Assembly (NCBI GenBank): GCA_963799845.1
Contig: CAWCYI010000009.1
Location: 1 to 45,691 of the forward strand
Length of the DNA: 45,691 bases
Origin: an uncultured Nitrososphaerota archaeon
Lineage (GTDB): Archaea; Thermoproteota; Nitrososphaeria; Nitrososphaerales; CADDZS01
Reading direction: 5' to 3'
The position numbers and the translations under genes were made by a program. Below the pieces are notes generated by a model. The model was not told the DNA's origin. It saw only the letters and a list, made by a program, of their open reading frames with translations, and ran no database searches. Positions 39,669 through 45,691 of this stretch are shown in pieces (the first letter of the stretch is position 1; every line of letters begins with the position of its first letter).

Positions 39669-41390
39669 TTGCAATCTAGCAACAATTTCGACGACTTGAA
39701 GGTTGTTATCCTAGCTGGGGGCGAAGGAGTAAGACTTCGACCTCTAACTCTGACACGCCCTAAACCAATGATGTGGCTAGGTAAAGATACCGTAATTGAA
39801 AATCTCTTACGACTGCTGTCTGAGACAGGGTTTGTCAATATCATCATGACCGTGAACTATCTGAAAGATCAGGTTATGCATTTCCTTGGCGACGGCTCAC
39901 GTTACGGAGTCAGAATCGAATATGTCGTAGGGCCAGAAGGAAATTTCTTGGGAACGTCTGGGAGCGTCAAACTCGCTGGTCATAAGCTCAAGGATACTTT
40001 CATCGTTATGCAGGGAGATTCTTTCACAAATATAGATGTGAGGGAAGCACTTCGCTTTCATCGGCGATCGAAGTCCGACGCAACCGTGGTTCTCAAGGAA
40101 GTTGAGGACCCGTGGAATTACGGAGTCGTCAAATGCGACTCGGAAGGACGGATTACTAGATTCCAAGAAAAACCTCGTAAGGGTGAAGAGTGCAGCAACG
40201 TGATCAGCACAGGAATATACTGCTTGGAGCCAGAAATCCTCGATTACATACCGACAGGAGAAAGTGATTTTGCAAAGAACATTTTCCCGCAGATCTTGAA
40301 GGACGGAAAACGGATTTTCGGATTCTTTGGAGATGGATTCTGGTCAGACATAGGAAGCCTCAGGGGTTATCTTGAAGGCACGAGAGAGGTGCTAGAACTC
40401 CCTAGGCATCAGGGAAATACGAATGAAGTGGGAGTCCTATCGAGAAAGAATGTTACTATTGATGAGCCCGTCACAATAGTGTCACCGGTTCTGTTGGAAA
40501 ATGGAGTTGTGATTGGGAAAGGTTCTGCGATTGGACCAGTCGTCGTTGTTAAGATGAATTCTAAGATGGGAGAGAATTGCAAAATCGGAAATGCAGAAAT
40601 CTTTGAGGATGTAGCAATTGGGCATTCTTGCACGATACGTAACAGCATAATAGGAGAGCATGCTGTCCTCGCCGACAACGTTGTAGTGGAAGATTCAGTT
40701 GTGGGGCCAGGGTGCTTTCTCAACGAAGGCGTCCGGGTTGGCAAAGGTAGCCGGATATGGCCAGGTATTGTAGTTGGTCCAAAAATAACTGTGGATGGAG
40801 TGGTGACTCTTCCAACTTACAAACCATTCTATTTTTACTCGGATTTTGGCAAGTACACCGGAATCATCGCCGACAACATTTCTGACATGGTCAGTAAGCT
40901 CGATACAGTGGAGCTCAAATCTATAGAATTCCATCTCTATCAAGGGGATTTCGAAAGATGGATTAGAGACGTATTTCAGGCGAATAATCTGGCCCTCAGA
41001 ATATCTGAACTCCGGAAGCTGGGGATCAAAGGGGAAGAATCCAGGCAGAGTCTTATCAGAGTCATCCGAGACTGGTCAGACTACTCTACAGACAAGGATT
41101 TGATTAGTGTGAGCTTAGGAATCCAAGAAAAGCTTATCTCCATCGGGACACCAGCGGAGCACCGATATCATAGCACGAAGAGGTTACATTATGAAAGGCA
41201 TGGACATGAGGTCAAATACTTATTTTCACGTTTGATTTTTCATGCGGTCGAGGTTATGGTCGAAGAGTCCTTCGAACCGACACTGATCATACACGAAGGT
41301 GTTTTGCCCGTCGACGTGAATCCTGCCGAAGCGCTGTGTTGTGGGCGTGTACATTATCCGGCCGTAGCTGAAGTAGGTTCTTCCTCCTGA
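39669..41390 (+). CDS. Sugar-phosphate nucleotidyltransferase (NDP-sugar synthase) with LbH repeats and a DUF5752-like domain; the last ~95 codons may be spurious read-through
   Basis: ILAGGEGVRLRPLT..RPKPM, FQEKP, WSDIG, hexapeptide repeats, PFYFY...SIEFHLYQGDFERWI. Confidence 0.88.
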   Translation: MQSSNNFDDLKVVILAGGEGVRLRPLTLTRPKPMMWLGKDTVIENLLRLLSETGFVNIIMTVNYLKDQVMHFLGDGSRYGVRIEYVVGPEGNFLGTSGSVKLAGHKLKDTFIVMQGDSFTNIDVREALRFHRRSKSDATVVLKEVEDPWNYGVVKCDSEGRITRFQEKPRKGEECSNVISTGIYCLEPEILDYIPTGESDFAKNIFPQILKDGKRIFGFFGDGFWSDIGSLRGYLEGTREVLELPRHQGNTNEVGVLSRKNVTIDEPVTIVSPVLLENGVVIGKGSAIGPVVVVKMNSKMGENCKIGNAEIFEDVAIGHSCTIRNSIIGEHAVLADNVVVEDSVVGPGCFLNEGVRVGKGSRIWPGIVVGPKITVDGVVTLPTYKPFYFYSDFGKYTGIIADNISDMVSKLDTVELKSIEFHLYQGDFERWIRDVFQANNLALRISELRKLGIKGEESRQSLIRVIRDWSDYSTDKDLISVSLGIQEKLISIGTPAEHRYHSTKRLHYERHGHEVKYLFSRLIFHAVEVMVEESFEPTLIIHEGVLPVDVNPAEALCCGRVHYPAVAEVGSSS

Positions 41391-42207
41391 CCGGGTGTTG
41401 TGAGAAACTCTCTGCTAGCGTCGGGATCCTCTGCTTAGGCCGAAGGAAACCTGATGCTTCTGAGCCTTTGAGTAAAGATACGGGAAGACGAAAGCGTCTC
41501 CGTTGCTTGTGATGAAGTCCAGGTCGAATTTTTGAACTTCTTCCGCAGTCTCTCCCAGAATTCTTCCTTCATCATCTCCCTTGATTTCAATCAGATCAGC
41601 TTCGGTTTCGTCATTGTGATAAACCGACGGAGTGAGTTTGATCCAAGTTAGTCTCGAATCCATTCGAGGAATCTGGTCTGCGAGACTTATGCTAAATCCC
41701 AGGACTTTCAATCTGGGAATCTCGTAATCCGTCAACTTCTACGCGATCTAACATGTGCCATTTCGTTATTTCTCCCCCACTAGAGTAGACGCACACGTGC
41801 GCGAGAGAGAACAAATCTTTCTCCAAGAAGTATTGTTGCTGTTGCTTCGGAGAGACATCCACATTATAGAGCGTGAATGTTGAGGGGTTCTGAAAAAAAG
41901 ATTCGAGCAGGTCTGCAACTTTCTTCCCCTTGTTGGCTTGGCGTAGTTCAATTTCTAGGGCGTTGCTTCTTTTCCAATCAGATATCTTCGTCCTCTTCTT
42001 GACGACGTTGACTGCCGACACGAATCCCGAATGTTGAAAAACAGAAACTCGGCGCTGTCGCAGGCGGGACCGGAAGCGTAGACCTTTGCGCGCCAATTGG
42101 AGTCCTTGTGCCTGATATTTTCGCATCTCGGCTTTGATCCAAAACGATATACCTCCTTCGCCAGACAGCGAGGGGTAGCAGTCGAGCAGCCAGCCCTTTG
42201 TGTACAC
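41250..42207 (-). pseudogene. N-terminal fragment of an archaeal family B (PolB2-type) DNA polymerase; several frameshifts, polymerase domain absent
   Basis: KGWLLDCYP...FWIK, LYNVDV....YFLEKDLF, DYEIP.L, NGDAF.FPYL, GRTYFSYGR, GRIHVD..NTF. Confidence 0.75.
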
Positions 42208-42241
42208 GAATGCCCGACACGGCAAGTCCTGACCGCGCTTA

Positions 42242-43303
42242 TCAATGCAATCCTGTTCTACAAGGCGTTGTTCCGGACCGCCTGCTATCTCCATCGCAGT
42301 GTTGTATTCGCCGCGGCGAGCAGCTCGGTTGCATGCGGCTCGATGATAGAGAGCTCTGCTGTGCAGCCAACACATTGGACTCCTTACCTTGCCAAATCTC
42401 CAAGGCCGGTTGCTGAATAGCGCGAGCAAAAGAAAACGCCAACGCCCAAGGCAATCGAGATTTGAATCTGACATTCATGGCATTCAAACGCACGGACGCC
42501 AAATCAGGGGCCTGGCCGCCCGACAAGAAAGCAATCCCTGGAACCGCAGCGGGGACGGCTCGCAATAGACACTTCACCGTAGCGTCAGTGACCTCGTCGA
42601 CCGCTTCTTGTTTGGCGCAGGTCAATCCCGGAAGCACCATGTTTGGCTTCAGGATCAAACCCTCCAACATCACACGTTGGGAGTAAAGCTGATCGAAGAC
42701 CGTTCGCATGACTTCCTCCGTTACCTCAAAACACCGCTCCATTGTATGATCGCCGTCCATAAGCACTTCCGGTTCGACGATGGGTACCAGTCCAGCTTCC
42801 TGGCATAACGCGGCATAGCGAGCAAGAGCGTTCGCGTTTGCTTCAATGCATCCCCGGCTGGGAATGCTATCGTTTAGGGCGATCACGGCGCGCCACTTGG
42901 CAAAACTCAGGCCCATTCCAGAATACTCAGCCAGTCGGCCACGTAATCCATCAAGACCTTCGGTTATTTTCTCTCCGGGATAACCTGCCATTTCTTTTGC
43001 GCCGGTATCAACTTTTACGCCGGGAATGATTCCCGCATCGGTGATGGCTTTGACAAATGGAGTACCATCTTTTTTCTGCTGGCGAATCGTCTCGTCATAA
43101 AGAATGGCGCCACTAATGGACTCACCGAGGCCTGGGGTGGTCACAATCAACTCTCGATAGGCGCGCCGGGCCTCCTCGGTCTGGGGAATCCCCCACCTAG
43201 CAAATCGTTTGTTGCATGTTGGATTACTTTCGTCCATGGCCAGCAGGCCTTTGTCGTCTGCGACCAACTTCCTCGCGGTTTCTATGAGAGCTTGCGTATT
43301 CAT
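42242..43303 (-). CDS. Class I fructose-bisphosphate aldolase (eukaryote-like/bacterial type); frameshift near 42357, true stop unclear
   Basis: [52 protein letters not shown]; ATGA overlap with the xfp stop. Confidence 0.93.
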   Translation of the reverse strand: MNTQALIETARKLVADDKGLLAMDESNPTCNKRFARWGIPQTEEARRAYRELIVTTPGLGESISGAILYDETIRQQKKDGTPFVKAITDAGIIPGVKVDTGAKEMAGYPGEKITEGLDGLRGRLAEYSGMGLSFAKWRAVIALNDSIPSRGCIEANANALARYAALCQEAGLVPIVEPEVLMDGDHTMERCFEVTEEVMRTVFDQLYSQRVMLEGLILKPNMVLPGLTCAKQEAVDEVTDATVKCLLRAVPAAVPGIAFLSGGQAPDLASVRLNAMNVRFKSRLPWALAFSFARAIQQPALEIWQGKESNVLAAQQSSLSSSRMQPSCSPRRIQHCDGDSRRSGTTPCRTGLH

Positions 43304-45679
43304 TTGTGGTTGCTCCATTTCCAGTTCTGGATCTCCGGCAAATCCTGGCCGTGTTCATTGATGTAGTGCTTGTGTTCGATGAGCTTGTCCTGCATCTGCT
43401 GCTTCAGATAGGAGCCCTCAGAACCCAAATCATTTAGGCGATCGACGACGTCCTGCACGAGATGGAAGCGGTCCAGATCGTTTTGCACTCTCATGTCAAA
43501 GGGCGTTGTGATGGTGCCCTCTTCCTTGTAGCCACGGACGTGGAGGTTTTGGTTAGTTCGGCGGTAGGTCAGCCGATGGATTAGCGACGGGTATCCATGA
43601 AAGCCAAAAATGATATGTTTGTCTTTGGTAAAAAGCAAATCATAATCCGTTTCGCTGAGTCCATGAGGGTGCTCGCTCGCAGACTGCAGTTTCATGATAT
43701 TGATTAACATCTATCACTCGGATTTTCAATTTAGGCAGATGCCGGCGAAGGATGGAAACCGCAGCCAGAATCTCCAGTGTGGGCGTGTCACCGCAGCAGG
43801 CCATCACCACGTCCGGCTCGGCGCCCTGATCGTTGCTAGCCCATTGCCAGATACCAATTCCTTCTGTGCAATGCACAACCGCCTCGTCCATGGTCAGCCA
43901 TTGCGGGAGGGCATGCTTGCCTGCAACCACAACATTCACGTAGCCCCGGCTTCGCAGACAATGATCCATTACTGACAGCAGACAGTTGGCATCTGGCGGA
44001 AGGTAAACGCGCACGATATCGGCCTTTCTTGTTGATGACGTGATCCAGGAAACCGGGGTCCTGGTGAGTGAAGCCATTGTGATCCTGCTGCCAGACGTGG
44101 GAAGCGAGCAGATAATTCAGCGACGAAATCTTCCGGCGCCAGGACAGTTCATTCGTTACCTTCAGCCATTTGGCGTGCTGGCTGAACATCGAATCGACAA
44201 TGCGAATAAAGGCTTCATAGCAGTTGAACACCCCGTGGCGACCGGTCAGAAGATATCCTTCCAACCAACCCTCGCACTGGTGCTCGCTGAGCATTGAGTC
44301 CAGCACACGACCGGTAGGCGCGAGGAACTCATCATTTTTTACTTCCCGAGCGTCCCATTGACGGTTGGTGACCTCAAAGACAGCGCCTAAAAGATTCGAA
44401 AGGGTCTCATCGGGACCGAACAGACGGAAATTACGCTGATCCTGATTCAGCTGAGAAACATCACGAAGGAACTTGCCCAGCACGAGAGTATCTTGGCCGT
44501 CAACCGCGCCTGGCGAAGGTACATTCACTGCGTGGATATGGAAATCTGGCATTCGGACAATCGCGCAGCAGAATGCCCCCGTTTGTGTGCGGATTGGCGC
44601 CCATCCGACGGTTACCCTTCGGCGACATCTCGGACAATTCCGGCAATTAGCCTGTCACCTTTATCGAACAACTCCTCGGCCTTGTGCTTTTCATCCAGGT
44701 CTTCAACTCCTTGACATGCTCTGGATGCTCTGCATCCACAAGGAGTGGCACTTGGTGCGACCGGAAAGTACCCTCGATTTGTAGCCCATCAACGAATTTC
44801 GGTCCCGTCCATCCCTTGGGTGACTTGAGCAACGATCATTGGCCAGCGCGGCCGACTAGTGTCGTTCTTATTCCGTGCATTACTTTGGATTCGCTTGATA
44901 TCTTCGATTACCACTTCCATAGTGTTCGCCATGAGTTCATGCATCTTTTCCGGCTCATCACCCACCACAAAGTGGGGCGTCCAGCCGCAGCCTCGTAGAA
45001 ATTGCTCCATTCCTCTTCCTTTACACGCGCCAGAACAGTTGGATTGCTTATCTTGTAGCCATTGAGATGAAGGATCGGCAGGACGGCTCCGTCGGTAACC
45101 GGGTCAAGAAGTCGTTGGACTGCCATGAGTCGCCAAAGGGTCCCGTTTCCGCCTCACCATCTCCGATAACACAGGCGACTATCAGTTCGGGATCGTCAAA
45201 CGCTGCCCCGAAGGCATGGCTCAGCGAATATCCCAGCTCGCCACCTTCGTGTATCGACCCCGGCGTCGTCGGTGCAACATGACTGGAAATCCCTCCGGGA
45301 AACGAGAGATTTGCCTAAACAACGCCTTCATTCCGGGTTCGTCCTGGCTGATGTTAGGATAAATCTCGCTATAGGTGCCTTCGAGGTAAGTATTGCCCAC
45401 TAGAGCAGCACCTCCGTGACCGGGACCGGAAGTATGTAAAACATATCCAGGTCATATTTTTTGATGACTCGATTCAGGTGCACGTAGACGAAATTCTCGC
45501 CTGCCCTGAACCGTGCCCCAGTGTCCGACCACAAGGGGCTTCACATGCGACAGTTCCAGCGGCTCCTTCAACAGCGGATTGTCGTAGAGATAAATCTGGC
45601 CAACCGACAGATAGTTGGCGGCGCGCCAGTAGGCATCCATCTTGTGGAGCAGTTCCGGAGTGAGTGTGTTGGTTTTCAT
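43300..45679 (-). CDS. xfp: Xylulose-5-P/fructose-6-P phosphoketolase; many frameshifts
   Basis: [91 protein letters not shown]. Confidence 0.95.
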
Positions 45680-45691
45680 GGTTCATTTCTC

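Noticed and set aside
41100-41390. C-terminal extension of the nucleotidyltransferase as a novel domain
   Set aside because: It is partly the antisense of the PolB2 fragment; most likely read-through after a lost stop.
1-45691. CRISPR array, rRNA or tRNA genes
   Set aside because: No regularly spaced repeat-spacer units or recognisable stable-RNA signatures were seen by eye; tRNAscan-SE and Infernal were not run.

Overview
Archaeal chromosome segment, most likely a non-ammonia-oxidising Nitrososphaerota/TACK lineage. This is inferred from an ISH3-family IS, a PolB2-type fragment, roadblock, V4R and DUF5752-like domains, an ER/SipW-type signal peptidase and T-rich terminators. Four zones: (i) 1-7.7 kb is accessory DNA with a 25-bp inverted-repeat pair, an origin-like repeat cluster, Thr-rich surface proteins, a roadblock/V4R/Zn-finger group and a decayed virus-like structural module with a GT(I/V)GTI repeat. 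(ii) 7.8-12.3 kb holds an intact IS630 directly upstream of a three-gene operon (small secreted protein, large secreted repeat protein, dedicated signal peptidase) that looks like an undescribed TasA/SipW-style donor-strand fibre system. (iii) 13-29.8 kb holds a glucoamylase, a Mo-oxidoreductase and a bacterial-type glk-tkt-tal/pgi-gnd-zwf pentose phosphate operon. (iv) 30-45.7 kb holds small stress/Zn-finger genes, an ISH3-interrupted HAD hydrolase, and bacterial-type tpiA, class I fba and phosphoketolase. Many conserved genes carry single-base frameshifts that are probably long-read errors. No rRNA, tRNA or CRISPR array was recognised. All family assignments come from motif recognition by eye; no database search was run.
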